This document shows positions 18,922 to 28,343 of a stretch of DNA of 64,000 nt, piece by piece. Origin of the DNA: Anaerolineales bacterium (GTDB lineage: Bacteria; Chloroflexota; Anaerolineae; Anaerolineales; RBG-16-64-43). Numbering within the stretch: position 1 is the stretch's first letter; each line of letters opens with the position of its first letter. The notes beneath the pieces were generated by a model. The model saw nothing but the letters and a program-made list of their open reading frames with translations, did not search any database and was not told the origin of the DNA. The DNA lies in assembly GCA_035288225.1 (NCBI GenBank), contig DATEAT010000129.1, positions 1,010 to 65,009 of the forward strand. The letters run 5' to 3'. The translations under genes and the position numbers were made by a program.

Positions 18922-19323
18922 ATGAAGCTGAGCGATATCGAAGGAATTGGCCCGGCCTTTGCAAGGAAATTGAAGAAGGTAGGGATCCGCTCCGTGGAAG
19001 GGCTCCTGAAAGCGGGCGCCACTCCGAAGGCGCGGAAGCGAATCGCCAAGGATGCTGGCTTTCAGGCGCGGACGATTCTTGAATGGGTTAACCGGGCGGA
19101 CCTTTATCGCATCAAGGGCGTCGGCCGGCAGTATTCCGACCTGCTCGAGAAGTCCGGAGTCGACACGGTCGTCGAACTCGCGAAGCGCGATCCCGCCAAG
19201 CTCTTCGTGGCGATGGGCGCAGTCAATCTCAGGAAGAACCTGGTCAATCAGATGTCGACCAAGAAGCAGGTCGGCGCCTGGATCCGGCACGCAAAGCGGC
19301 TGCCGAGAATCGTCCGATACTAG
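18922..19323 (+). CDS. DUF4332-like helix-hairpin-helix protein
   Basis: GAGGA RBS before ATG 18922. MKLSDIEGIGPAFARKLKKVGIRSVEGLL...LYRIKGVGRQYSDLLEKSGVDTVVELA gives two HhH-type motifs. Confidence 0.7.
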   Translation: MKLSDIEGIGPAFARKLKKVGIRSVEGLLKAGATPKARKRIAKDAGFQARTILEWVNRADLYRIKGVGRQYSDLLEKSGVDTVVELAKRDPAKLFVAMGAVNLRKNLVNQMSTKKQVGAWIRHAKRLPRIVRY

Positions 19324-19407
19324 AGGCCGACGCGTGACCCCGCTCGACTCCTGAGGCGCACGAACCGGCCCGAGATGAGGGTGGGTGATGCGGCAAGGAA
19401 CGGCAAC

Positions 19408-19438
19408 AAGAGCCGGGGCCACGTTGGCCCCGGCTCTT
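19408..19438. terminator. Hairpin terminator between convergent genes
   Basis: Perfect 13-bp stem AAGAGCCGGGGCC / GGCCCCGGCTCTT with loop ACGTT, followed on the + strand by AGATATTT. Confidence 0.6.
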
Positions 19439-19635
19439 AGATATTTCGGCTCATGCGATTCGATTTCCTCGCGGGGGGGGCACACCGTGACTTATGCGCC
19501 AGTCCGCCTCCGATTGCTGACCGCACCTGTGCTGGCACAGCTGTGAATTCGGCGTAGCAGCGTGAGCGCCTCAAGCTGACCGCAGGAAGTGGGCCACGAC
19601 TCGGTTGTGCCGCTTGTGAACACCATACGCGCATG

Positions 19636-20382
19636 CTAGTTGCGTAGCACGAGCGGCAGCATCACAAGCCACGGCACGGGTATGTACGAGAAGCTGGATA
19701 TGGAATTGCGCGTTCCTTCGCCGCCTTCGTCATACAGTTGAACGGAGTCCAGGCTCTGATAGGCCTCGCCGGGCAGCGGTGGAGTATGGTGAAAGATGCC
19801 CGCAAGATTCATGGGAAGCTCATTGTGGTAGACGGTGCCGGCGATTTCAATCTCAAGGTAGGCGGCGTAAGTCCCCCGCGCTGTTCCGGTCGAGGTGAAA
19901 GGCGGCAAGTCAAGAGTCCCAGGTGAGGCGTTTGCCTGCTCCTCGATGTCCCCCAAGGTTGCCTGATTTGGCGGTAGAGATGCGCTGCGTAGGCACACCA
20001 GGACGCTGCCAACGGAACTCGAGCCGTGCAGATTGAGCGCGACGAACGTGGCGGCAACCTGCTCGAGTCCGTCAACATCCGTGTCTGAGGCTTCCCCCGC
20101 GCCCGATGTGGCAAGGACGTCGGAGGAGGTTCCACTGAGCTCAACTTCCACCGGTACGCTATCCATCGACAAGAGCAGCGTTCCCCGGGCGTGAAGGAAC
20201 GCCCGGGGAAGAGTCGCCGGAGCCGCTGGGGGACTGGATTCCCATTGCGGGCTTCGTTCTCCGGTTGGTGCGGCGGCGCCGAGAAGAGGGGGGAGGCTAC
20301 CGGACGGGGCCTGGAGTGGAGCGGAGGAAGATATGACAAACGCCACGATGAGCGCGGCCGTGGTGCGGTACCCTGCATTCAT
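19636..20382 (-). CDS. Exported hypothetical protein
   Basis: RBS GGGGAGAG before ATG 20382. Signal-like N-terminus TTAALIVAFVISSSAPLQA, then a Ser/Thr/Gly-rich body and a short hydrophobic C-terminus (IPVPWLVMLPLVLRN). No family recognised. Confidence 0.5.
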   Translation of the reverse strand: MNAGYRTTAALIVAFVISSSAPLQAPSGSLPPLLGAAAPTGERSPQWESSPPAAPATLPRAFLHARGTLLLSMDSVPVEVELSGTSSDVLATSGAGEASDTDVDGLEQVAATFVALNLHGSSSVGSVLVCLRSASLPPNQATLGDIEEQANASPGTLDLPPFTSTGTARGTYAAYLEIEIAGTVYHNELPMNLAGIFHHTPPLPGEAYQSLDSVQLYDEGGEGTRNSISSFSYIPVPWLVMLPLVLRN

Positions 20383-20740
20383 GTCTGCTCTCCCCGTTGG
20401 TATGTGCGCTGCGAAGATGCGACCGAGACGTCCGATGGGTGGGCGGGAGTATCGACGTCACCACGGTCTGGGGGCTGCGGCGTTCACTCACTCCAGGCAA
20501 AGGGAAACAACCTCGAGGGTCGGGCGGCGTTGATTGTGGCAGTTGGAAACCAACCCGGCAAACGATCTTCCGGTGAAGCCGGCCTGCGGGCTTCGCCGAT
20601 AGGACGGTGATGTTCAGGGGCAAATGGGGTCTCGATCCAGCCGACCGCTGGAGGCTCTCGAACTTCAACGGCCAGACGGCCGGTGGAGTGGGTGAAGTAT
20701 ACACTAGCTGAGCGGTGTGGGCTTGCCGCCCACGCCTGCC

Positions 20741-21928
20741 TCACCTGGAGCCCCGCGCCTCGATCCGGGCGGCCACGCGATTCACGCCCTCACCGAATTC
20801 GGCGGGCGGTGTCAGCAGGCTGAGCACGAGATGCTCACCCTGAGGGAAGTCGAAGAAGAAACCTGGTTGCACGATGACACTGTCATCCACAAGCAAGTGG
20901 TAGGTCAAGTCCTCATCGTCCTCGCCTTCCGGCAGACGCACTACCAGGTACCAGCCACCCTCGCGTGAAAGCAGGTGCGCCGGCGATCCGCCGCCGAAGG
21001 CTTGCCCCGCTGTGCGATGGTTTTCGCCCAGGCGTTCGCGAATCCTGGCCTGCAGCGGGCCGCGCGCGGGCAGCAGCGATTCCGCGGCGAGTTGCGCGGG
21101 CGTCGAGGCCGAGAGATACGCGTCCGCAATGAACTCCAGCCGCGCGCCGGCCTCACGCACTGCGGCCTCGGCTCCGCTCATGCGGACCCAGCCCAATTTG
21201 ATTTGCGGCGCCCCGATAACCTTGGAGAGACCGCTCAGACGCAGCGTCAGGCCGCGCGCCTCATCTTCGGCGGCGGCGGCCGGCGCTGCAAAGCCTTCGG
21301 CCGGGTAGTCGTAAAACACCTCGTCCAGGATGATCGGGCATCCCTTGCTTGCACACAAGCGCTGGATTCTCGAGAACTGGTCCGGGGCCAGGTAGGCGCC
21401 AGTCGGGTTATTCGGATTCACCAGGATGACGGCGCGTGTGCGGGAGGTAAACGCCCGCTCGAGGGCCTGCTCGTCGATACGCCAGCCACCCTCAGCCGAG
21501 CCGTATGAAGGGAAGCGCCTCAGGCGGCAGCCCTCGAGGGTGATCAGCATTTCGAACAAGGGATACGAGGGCTGCGGGACGAGAATGTCATCGCCGGGAT
21601 TGGCGAACAACTTCATGAGCTCCGCGTAGGTCTGGCTGGTACTCGCGCTCAAGAACACGGCCTCGGGCTTCGTAGGAAGTCCGCGATCGGCGTAATAGCG
21701 AGCCACGGCCTGCCGGGCGCTCAGCATGCCGCACGGATCGGGGCTGTACTCTGCGATGCGAGGCACGCCCAGGGCGCGGGTGAGAGCCTCGGGCAGCGGC
21801 CCCAGCCCGCATTGCGGCGGGTTGGAGCGCGTGAGATCCACGAGGGGTGCGCCGGACGCGCGCAGCCGGTCGAGCGCACGCTGGAGGCGCCCCGGGCTTA
21901 GATCGGCGTCAAGACGCGAAGAGAACAT
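20741..21928 (-). CDS. Class I/II PLP-dependent aminotransferase (AlaA-like)
   Basis: From ATG 21928 (overlaps the gntK stop, TGATG): MFSSRLDADLSP...LTRSNPPQCGL...YSPDPCGM...NPNNPTGAYL...LSGLSKVIGAPQIKLGW (the SK-containing PLP-lysine region). Confidence 0.85.
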   Translation of the reverse strand: MFSSRLDADLSPGRLQRALDRLRASGAPLVDLTRSNPPQCGLGPLPEALTRALGVPRIAEYSPDPCGMLSARQAVARYYADRGLPTKPEAVFLSASTSQTYAELMKLFANPGDDILVPQPSYPLFEMLITLEGCRLRRFPSYGSAEGGWRIDEQALERAFTSRTRAVILVNPNNPTGAYLAPDQFSRIQRLCASKGCPIILDEVFYDYPAEGFAAPAAAAEDEARGLTLRLSGLSKVIGAPQIKLGWVRMSGAEAAVREAGARLEFIADAYLSASTPAQLAAESLLPARGPLQARIRERLGENHRTAGQAFGGGSPAHLLSREGGWYLVVRLPEGEDDEDLTYHLLVDDSVIVQPGFFFDFPQGEHLVLSLLTPPAEFGEGVNRVAARIEARGSR

Positions 21929-22500
21929 CACGTGGAGCGAGTCCTCAATGGGTCGGCGCGAGCCGCCCTGCTCTTGCCCTCGAGCGACCGAATTTCTGCC
22001 AGGACCAGTGCAACGATGGCCTCGGGCGGCTGGGCGGCGTCGAGAGCCAGGCCGCGGCGCGGCTCTTCCAGCGTGGCGAACTGGCTGTCGATGAGCGATG
22101 TGCCCGCGAAGTGGCCGCGGCGTGCGGCGAGCCGCGTTCGAATCGTTGCCAGCTCGGCGCGCAAGTACACCCATAGGATGCGCGGCGAGTTTTCACTCAG
22201 CATCGCGCGATACACCTCCCGCAGCGCCGAGCACGCGAACACGGCGTCTTTTCTTTCTCGCTCCATCCCGGCCATGAGCCTGGCGAGCGATTCCAGCCAT
22301 GGCATGCGGTCTTTATCGTCGAGCGGCTCGCCGCGCCTCATCTTATCGACATTTGCGGTCGGGTGCATATCGTCGCCGTCGATGAAGGCCCAGCCCAACG
22401 CACGGGCGAGTGCGCTGCCCACGGTGGTCTTGCCCGCGCCGGCGACACCCATCACGACGACGATCACCCGCGGCCCTTCCCGCCAGCGGCGAAAGCCCAA
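21928..22500 (-). CDS. gntK: Gluconokinase
   Basis: Close by eye to E. coli GntK: VMGVAGAGKTTVGSALARALGWAFIDGDDMHPTANVDKMRRGEPLDDKDRMPWL...ACSALREVYR...RRGHFAGTSLIDSQFATLEEP. The start is uncertain (TTG 22500 or GTG 22467). Confidence 0.85.
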   Translation of the reverse strand: MGFRRWREGPRVIVVVMGVAGAGKTTVGSALARALGWAFIDGDDMHPTANVDKMRRGEPLDDKDRMPWLESLARLMAGMERERKDAVFACSALREVYRAMLSENSPRILWVYLRAELATIRTRLAARRGHFAGTSLIDSQFATLEEPRRGLALDAAQPPEAIVALVLAEIRSLEGKSRAARADPLRTRST

Positions 22501-22557
22501 TGTGCTGCACAGAGGGAATGCGCGCCCGCGCGGCCGCGCAATTGGCGGAATGTCATC

Positions 22558-22989
22558 CTAGCTCTCCTGACCGCGGGTGCCACGCCCGCCGCTGCGGGAG
22601 CCCTTAAGCTGTGAGCGGAGCTTCTTGGCACGCAGGCGTTTCTCCCGCGCTGCGCGCGAAGGTTTGGTGGCCACGCGCAGTCGGGGCGGGCGCGCGGCAC
22701 GCTGAATGGCAACCGCCAGCTTACGCAGCACTTCGCGGCGGTTGGCCTCCTGCGTACGATGCGTATGCGCGACCAGGGTGAGCACGCCCAGGCGGTTTAC
22801 GCGCTTGCGCTCCAGTTGGGCCAGCCTCTCGCGCACGGACGAGGGCAAGGACGACCCGGCCAGGCGGAAGCGCAACTGGGCGGCGGTGGCCACCTTGTTC
22901 ACGTTTTGCCCGCCCGGGCCGGGCGAGCGCACGTACTCGATGGTCACTTCATCGTCGCGCAAACGCAGGGTCGGACTGATCTCGATCAT
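22558..22989 (-). CDS. arfB: Alternative ribosome-rescue factor ArfB (peptidyl-tRNA hydrolase, class I RF domain)
   Basis: From ATG 22989: ...VRSPGPGGQNVNKVATAAQLRF... (GGQ motif) followed by a long Arg/Lys-rich C-terminal tail. Confidence 0.85.
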   Translation of the reverse strand: MIEISPTLRLRDDEVTIEYVRSPGPGGQNVNKVATAAQLRFRLAGSSLPSSVRERLAQLERKRVNRLGVLTLVAHTHRTQEANRREVLRKLAVAIQRAARPPRLRVATKPSRAAREKRLRAKKLRSQLKGSRSGGRGTRGQES

Positions 22990-23268
22990 CCGTGTAATCG
23001 CCGCGTTCAACTTGGCTGGGATGATTCTACTCGCACCGGGCGGGGCGCAGGCGGCCATCTCCCGGCGCTGCGGCCATGTGGAGGCGCGCGGCGGACCGGG
23101 CCAAGGCATGTCCCTCAGGCCGCCTGGCACGCGGCAACGCGGCGCACCTCTCCCAAAGGCACTGGACCGAGGGGGCTCACGCCGGGCAGTCGGGGAGCAA
23201 TGCGGTGGCTGTCATCCAGGATCGACCAGCGACCCGGGAGGGGGAGGCCGGTTACGTGAAAGTATGTA

Positions 23269-23297
23269 TTGACATGACCCGCCTCGAGGCCTAGTAT
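23269..23297 (+). promoter_or_regulatory. Sigma70-like promoter for corA (TTGACA-17 nt-TAGTAT)
   Basis: TTGACA at 23269-23274, a 17-nt spacer, TAGTAT at 23292-23297. This implies a leader of about 230 nt before the corA ATG at 23535. Confidence 0.5.
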
Positions 23298-23534
23298 CCT
23301 GTTGATCTTCGCAGCCGGATTGCGGCAGACACTCCGGTCGGTACGCCCGAGGCCAGGGGAAGGAGGTGGCAGGGGACAACTGAAGCGAGAGCAACATTCC
23401 CCAACGGGGCCCGTTCGTCCAGGCAGGTACGCGCGTGGGGAGCACCCCGCCGGTGATGGCGTCGGTGCGGTCGATGCGCGTGGCGCCTGGGCGACATTCG
23501 CGGAAGGAGCGTGGTTTTATCGGGAGGCACGTCA

Positions 23535-24467
23535 ATGATCACTTACTACCTGAGCACCGATCACGGATTGGAAATCCTGGCGCAACCGGCGGCCGGCTGC
23601 TGGATCAACGTCGTGGCCCCCTCGGCCGAGGAGGCCGCCGAATTGCAGGCGATGTTGCGCGTCCCCCAAGACTTCATCACCTATCCCCTGGACGTGGGCG
23701 AGATGGCACGCACCGAGCGTGAGAACGGCGCCACCTTGATGGTCCTGCGCGTGCCTTACTATCAGGGGCAGACCGCCGATATTCCATACACGACGGTCCC
23801 GGTTGGAATCATCCTGACTGAGTCTTACATCACCACGGTGTGCAAGACCGAAACCGACGTGATCCAAGCGCTGGTCGCGGGGCGGGCGCGCGGGCTGCTG
23901 ACCGGCAAGCCCAACCGCCTTACCTTGCAGCTCCTCTTATTGACGGCCTCGCAATTCCTGGCCTACCTGCGCGAGATCAACAAATCGGTCGATCGGCTGG
24001 AGGATCAATTGCAGCGTTCGCTGCGCAACCGCGAGGTGCTGGAGCTCTTGAAGTTCCAGAAGAGCCTGACCTTTTTTGCGACCGGGTTGACCTCCAACGA
24101 GCTGATGTTGCAGCACTTGCAGAAGAGCCGCCTGTTCGAACCTTTTGCCGAAGAGCAGGACTTGCTGGATGACGTGTTGACCGAGGTGCAGCAGGCGATC
24201 GGCATGACCAACATCTCGTCCAACATTCTGAGCCAGATGATGGATGCCTTTGCCTCGATCATCTCGAACAACCTGAACGTGGTGATGAAATTCCTGGCAT
24301 CGGTCACGATCATCCTCAGCCTGCCGACCATGATCGCCTCCTTCTACGGCATGAACGTCAAGCTGCCGCTGGGTGGGCACGAGATGGCGTTCCTGTTCAT
24401 CGGCATTGCCTCAGTGACAATCATGATGGCAACCCTGCTCGTATTCTGGCGCAAAGACTGGCTGTAG
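23535..24467 (+). CDS. corA: CorA family magnesium/cobalt transporter
   Basis: RBS GGGAGG. Soluble N-domain, two C-terminal TM helices and the signature FYGMNV (GMN motif). Confidence 0.9.
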   Translation: MITYYLSTDHGLEILAQPAAGCWINVVAPSAEEAAELQAMLRVPQDFITYPLDVGEMARTERENGATLMVLRVPYYQGQTADIPYTTVPVGIILTESYITTVCKTETDVIQALVAGRARGLLTGKPNRLTLQLLLLTASQFLAYLREINKSVDRLEDQLQRSLRNREVLELLKFQKSLTFFATGLTSNELMLQHLQKSRLFEPFAEEQDLLDDVLTEVQQAIGMTNISSNILSQMMDAFASIISNNLNVVMKFLASVTIILSLPTMIASFYGMNVKLPLGGHEMAFLFIGIASVTIMMATLLVFWRKDWL

Positions 24468-24635
24468 CAGCGAGGGGGGAGCAGCCGGCAGCGGCCTTCC
24501 CGGGCGGGCAGGGTCAAAGGCAGGATGCCTGTCGGCTCGGCAGCAAGCTTCGTCGTGAAACGCGGGGTGCCGGGGAGATCGCCAGTCGTGACCGTGCGCG
24601 GCGAGGGCCGGGTCACGCGGCGTGTATCATGCGCC

Positions 24636-25313
24636 TCAGCCCTTGCGGGCTTTGGGTGGAAAATAGATGCCCGCGCGGACGGCGCCCAGCATGCCGGCGC
24701 GGAAAGCCCGGCGATCGATAGGCGCCAGGCGTGCAACCATGTGCCGATCCACCACGCGCGTCCTTGCGCGGTGCTCGAGCTTCTCGGCGATAACATCCAT
24801 GGCGGCGTCGCGCCGCATCCAGTCGAGATGATCGAGCGTGACCAAATCGAGCGGGCGGGTATACGCGCGCAACGACTTGTAGCCTTCCATATTGTAGAAA
24901 CCCTCGAAATAGGAGATCACCAATTCGCGCAGGCTGCGGTAGATCGGATCGCGATAGCGCAGACCGACGAAATTCGATTTGGCCACCGCTCCATAGTGGC
25001 CGTCTTCGCGGTAGACCGCCAACATATGGTCGTCATCGCGCCAGGCCAGCATGTCGACCAGCATGGGCCTGCGCCCGAGACGACGCAGCGCTACGATGGC
25101 CAGCAAGGCGCCATCGTAGCAGTGAGCCTTGCGGTCGCGCAGCACGTTCAACGGGCAGCGGTAGCGCGGATCGGCGCTGTAGGGAATCGAATCCAGAAAC
25201 GCCTGGATGCAGGCGGGGCTGTCGAACGAGCGAAACAGCCGGCGCTCCTTTGCGCTGAGCGCCTGTTCGAAGGTGAGCAGTCTGGAGTCGGAGACGGGGT
25301 GGCGTGGCGGCAT
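24636..25313 (-). CDS. Transglutaminase-like cysteine-protease-fold protein (tentative)
   Basis: RKAHCYDGALLAIVALRRLG (candidate nucleophile Cys), DDDHMLAVYRE.GHYG (candidate His) and AVAKSN give spacing reminiscent of a transglutaminase core. Otherwise unassigned. Confidence 0.5.
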   Translation of the reverse strand: MPPRHPVSDSRLLTFEQALSAKERRLFRSFDSPACIQAFLDSIPYSADPRYRCPLNVLRDRKAHCYDGALLAIVALRRLGRRPMLVDMLAWRDDDHMLAVYREDGHYGAVAKSNFVGLRYRDPIYRSLRELVISYFEGFYNMEGYKSLRAYTRPLDLVTLDHLDWMRRDAAMDVIAEKLEHRARTRVVDRHMVARLAPIDRRAFRAGMLGAVRAGIYFPPKARKG

Positions 25314-25322
25314 CGCGCTCCT

Positions 25323-26084
25323 TTACGGTGCGGGATTTTTGGGCGCGCGGTCGGCCTGTGCGGCGTGCCAACACGCGTGGAGGGTGCTCAGCCGCTCGCG
25401 CAAGCGGCGGTCCAGGGCTTCGGGTTTCCCGGTGGTGACATCGTCCTGATTCTCAAAGACGACATACGGAATGCGCCGACCGCCCAGCGACAGGAATCGG
25501 CGATCGTTGCGGCTGAGATCCGGCCAATCGTCTTCACGGTACAGACGGGTCATCTTCTCGTCCGTAAGTGAATGCTCCAGGATACTTCCCGGTCGTGCGG
25601 GGTTGAACCGACGGCGGTTCTTGCGCAACGACTCCTCGAAGGTGACATCGACGTACATCAAGGCGGCGCGCGCGAGGGTGGCCGCGTCCAGGCGGCCGAG
25701 AGCCCGCTGGTAGCCGCCGTGTTCCGAGCCGCGTGAGAATTCTAGGATGAAAGAATGCGCCGCGGCTCCAGGCCCAAGCTCCGCTGATGCGGCGAGATAG
25801 TCATGCGCCAGGCGCTCAATCAGCAGGTCCCACAGGTGCGCGTAAAGGAAGAAACCTCGCGCGTCGGTGTGCAGCCGCGGCTGGCCGAGACGGTTCTCCA
25901 GCAGGTGGTCTTCCTCCATCCACGACCACAAGGTGGGGAAATCGTCGAGCACGCTCAGCTCGCCCAAGCCGAAATCGGCGAGGCGCCGACCGGCTTGCAG
26001 ACCGCGCAGGTGCTCGATGATCTCGCTCTTGCCCGACGCCGGGCGTCCGATCAGGATGAGAAGCGGCAGAGGGTCGGTGGTCAA
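25323..26084 (-). CDS. P-loop NTPase / kinase-like protein (family uncertain)
   Basis: Walker A LILIGRPASGKSEI lies 10 aa from the only possible start, TTG 26084 (an in-frame stop sits two codons upstream). The stop is 10 nt before the start of the next gene. Confidence 0.55.
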   Translation of the reverse strand: MTTDPLPLLILIGRPASGKSEIIEHLRGLQAGRRLADFGLGELSVLDDFPTLWSWMEEDHLLENRLGQPRLHTDARGFFLYAHLWDLLIERLAHDYLAASAELGPGAAAHSFILEFSRGSEHGGYQRALGRLDAATLARAALMYVDVTFEESLRKNRRRFNPARPGSILEHSLTDEKMTRLYREDDWPDLSRNDRRFLSLGGRRIPYVVFENQDDVTTGKPEALDRRLRERLSTLHACWHAAQADRAPKNPAP

Positions 26085-26227
26085 GGTCTATCCACGAATG
26101 CAGGACGTCACTCCCGCGGGAGAATGGCGCGTCGTGCCGTGGCCCCGATTCTAACCTGAAGCTGGAAGGGGCCGGCCAGTCTGCGCGTCATCGAATGAGG
26201 AGGTGGACTAAGCGAGCGCGTGGCATG

Positions 26228-26548
26228 TCATCCGGGCAACAGCAGGCCGGCCAGCCAGAGGACCGACATCCCCACGACGAGTGTGAGCAAGATGCTGCTC
26301 GTCTTCCATGCGACGAGGACAGCGGCCACCCCCGCGAGCGCGCGCGGGCTGAGCGGCCAGAGCTGCAGCATGCCTTGAGGCGCGAGGACGGCCGGCAGGA
26401 TGAGCGCACTCAAGACGGCTGCGGGCACGAGCCGCAACGGACGGGTGATCCACGCCGGAGCCGTGCCGCGGTGGGCCAGCGCGATGAATGAAAGGCGGGT
26501 GAGGTAGGTCGCGATCCCGGCCGCCAGCAGCGTCAGCCCCATGCTCAT
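26228..26548 (-). CDS. azlD: Branched-chain amino acid exporter small subunit AzlD
   Basis: ATG 26548 overlaps the azlC stop (ATGA). 106 aa with 3-4 hydrophobic helices: MSMGLTLLAAGIATYLTRLSFIAL... Confidence 0.75.
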   Translation of the reverse strand: MSMGLTLLAAGIATYLTRLSFIALAHRGTAPAWITRPLRLVPAAVLSALILPAVLAPQGMLQLWPLSPRALAGVAAVLVAWKTSSILLTLVVGMSVLWLAGLLLPG

Positions 26549-27348
26549 GCCTCGCCTCTCTCCAGCGGGGTAGCGGCCAGAATGCCGGCGACCGCGGCCA
26601 GGAGCACACCTAGGCCAAGGGGCAATCCGCGCAATGCCACGGCCAGCCCGCCGGCCACGAGTGCCGCCGCAACACCGGCGCGATCCTTCAACTGCGGAAT
26701 CACCATGGCGATGAACAAGAGCGGCAGAGTAAAGTCGAGGGACCATGATTGGGGGAGGCGAGCACCCGCGAAGAGCCCAAGGGCCGTCGAGGCTTGCCAG
26801 GAGGCCCACAGGGTAAGGCCCGCGCCCAACAAGAAGAAGTGTCGGTGAACGCGCGGGCCATCGGCCTCCAGGTGGCCAATGGACACGGCGTAGGCCTCAT
26901 CCGTCAAGAGGTAGGCCAGCAGGGCCTTCCAGCCGGCGGAGAGATGCGCCAGGTGCGGGGCGAGCGAGGCGCTGTACAGCGCGTGGCGCAGGTTGATGGC
27001 GGTGATCGAAACCACGATCACCACGCCGGAGGCCCCGCCCGCGACCAATTGGGACATCACGAATTGCGACGAGCCGGCGAAGACGACGGCCGAGGCCGCC
27101 TGGGCCGTCGCTGGGGTCAATCCAGACTGGATGGCGATCACGCCGTAGATCAGCCCGAATGGGACGACGCCCAGCAGGAGAGGGATCTCGGCCAGGATGC
27201 CGCGCAGAAACTCCTCCCGCGCACCTGCAGCCGGTCGACCTGATGGGTGCGCGCGTGGTAAGGGAGAGTCGGAAGGGGAGCCGGAGGTTGTGGGCTGGCT
27301 GCCGCTCACCATCGGCTCCGACGGCGATATGTGCGCGGACCTCGTCAC
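26545..27348 (-). CDS. azlC: Branched-chain amino acid exporter AzlC
   Basis: GILAEIPLLLGVVPFGLIYGV...VFAGSSQF...INLRHALYSASL matches the AzlC pattern. GTG 27348 overlaps the upstream stop (GTGA). Confidence 0.85.
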   Translation of the reverse strand: MTRSAHISPSEPMVSGSQPTTSGSPSDSPLPRAHPSGRPAAGAREEFLRGILAEIPLLLGVVPFGLIYGVIAIQSGLTPATAQAASAVVFAGSSQFVMSQLVAGGASGVVIVVSITAINLRHALYSASLAPHLAHLSAGWKALLAYLLTDEAYAVSIGHLEADGPRVHRHFFLLGAGLTLWASWQASTALGLFAGARLPQSWSLDFTLPLLFIAMVIPQLKDRAGVAAALVAGGLAVALRGLPLGLGVLLAAVAGILAATPLERGEA

Positions 27349-28343
27349 TTGGCGGCCTCGGCCGCGGGCAACCCGGCCACCGGCTTGGCACTGCGCACGG
27401 CGTTGAGAACGGCCTCGGCCACAACTTCGGCCGCGAACGCGCCGACGATGTTGACGTCGGCTTCTTTTTCGCCGAGGGCCAGAGCAAATATCGTGTCGCC
27501 GTCGAGCATGGTATGCGCTGGGCGGATGGTGCGGGCAACGCCGTTTTGACCCATCTGGGCCAGCTTGGTGGCGTGTTCCTTGTTCAGCCGCGCGTTGGTT
27601 GCCACGACGCCGATAACCGTGTTCCCGCGCGAGGCGAACCCCAGGATAGTACGGCCGGCCAACGTGCGCATGACCTCCAACGTGTCGGCAAAGTAACCCG
27701 GCGCGCCCAGTCGCAGCGGGCCGAGCTGTTTGGAACGAGCGCCCGCGACGATTGCGCCGTTGCGCGGGTCGATGACGTCACCGAAGGCATTAACCGCCAC
27801 GATGGCACCCACCCGAATGCCTCCGCCGATCTCCATCGAGGCGGTGCCGATGCCGGACTTCATGGCCTGGCCCATGCCGAAGACCTTGCCCACCGTTGCG
27901 CCCATCCCGGCGCCGGCATTGCCCTCGTCCGGCCTCCGGTCGGAGGCCGCCTCACACGCGCGGTAACCCATTGCAGCATCCGGCCGGACGTCGGCCCGGC
28001 CGAGGCCGAGGTCGAACAAGATGGCCGCCGGGACGATCGGCACGCGGGCAACACGCACGTCGAATCCGACACCGCGTTCTTCGAGGTAGCGCACCGCACC
28101 GGAGGCGGCATCCAGCCCGAAGGCCGAGCCGCCGGCGAGCATCACCCCGTGCACGCGTTCGACCAGGTGAACCGGGTGCAGCGCGTCGGTTTCGCGCGTG
28201 CCGGGTGCGCCGCCGCGCTGGTCCACGCCGCCCACGGCGCCGCCTTCGCACAAGATGGCCGTGCACCCGGTCAGTGCCACATCGTCATGCGCGTGTCCGA
28301 CCCGCACGCCCTCAATATCGGTGATGGCGTTGCTCAGTGACAT
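27345..28343 (-). CDS. DmpA/S58 (P1) family aminopeptidase
   Basis: RBS GGAGG. MSLSNAITDIEGVRVGHAHDDVALTGCTAIL...RGGAPGTRETDAL...AGGSAFGLDAASG... is typical of L-aminopeptidase/D-esterase DmpA-like Ntn hydrolases. Confidence 0.85.
   Translation of the reverse strand: MSLSNAITDIEGVRVGHAHDDVALTGCTAILCEGGAVGGVDQRGGAPGTRETDALHPVHLVERVHGVMLAGGSAFGLDAASGAVRYLEERGVGFDVRVARVPIVPAAILFDLGLGRADVRPDAAMGYRACEAASDRRPDEGNAGAGMGATVGKVFGMGQAMKSGIGTASMEIGGGIRVGAIVAVNAFGDVIDPRNGAIVAGARSKQLGPLRLGAPGYFADTLEVMRTLAGRTILGFASRGNTVIGVVATNARLNKEHATKLAQMGQNGVARTIRPAHTMLDGDTIFALALGEKEADVNIVGAFAAEVVAEAVLNAVRSAKPVAGLPAAEAAK

Noticed and set aside
19809-20378. An alternative-frame 189-aa ORF overlapping the exported orphan gene.
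   Set aside because: It is Arg/Pro/Ser-rich with no signal peptide or RBS. The 19636..20382 frame has an RBS, a signal peptide and a more protein-like composition.
22990-23534. An M-box (ykoK) magnesium riboswitch upstream of corA.
   Set aside because: I could not find the conserved M-box core segments by eye. Only a generic structured leader and a promoter can be supported.
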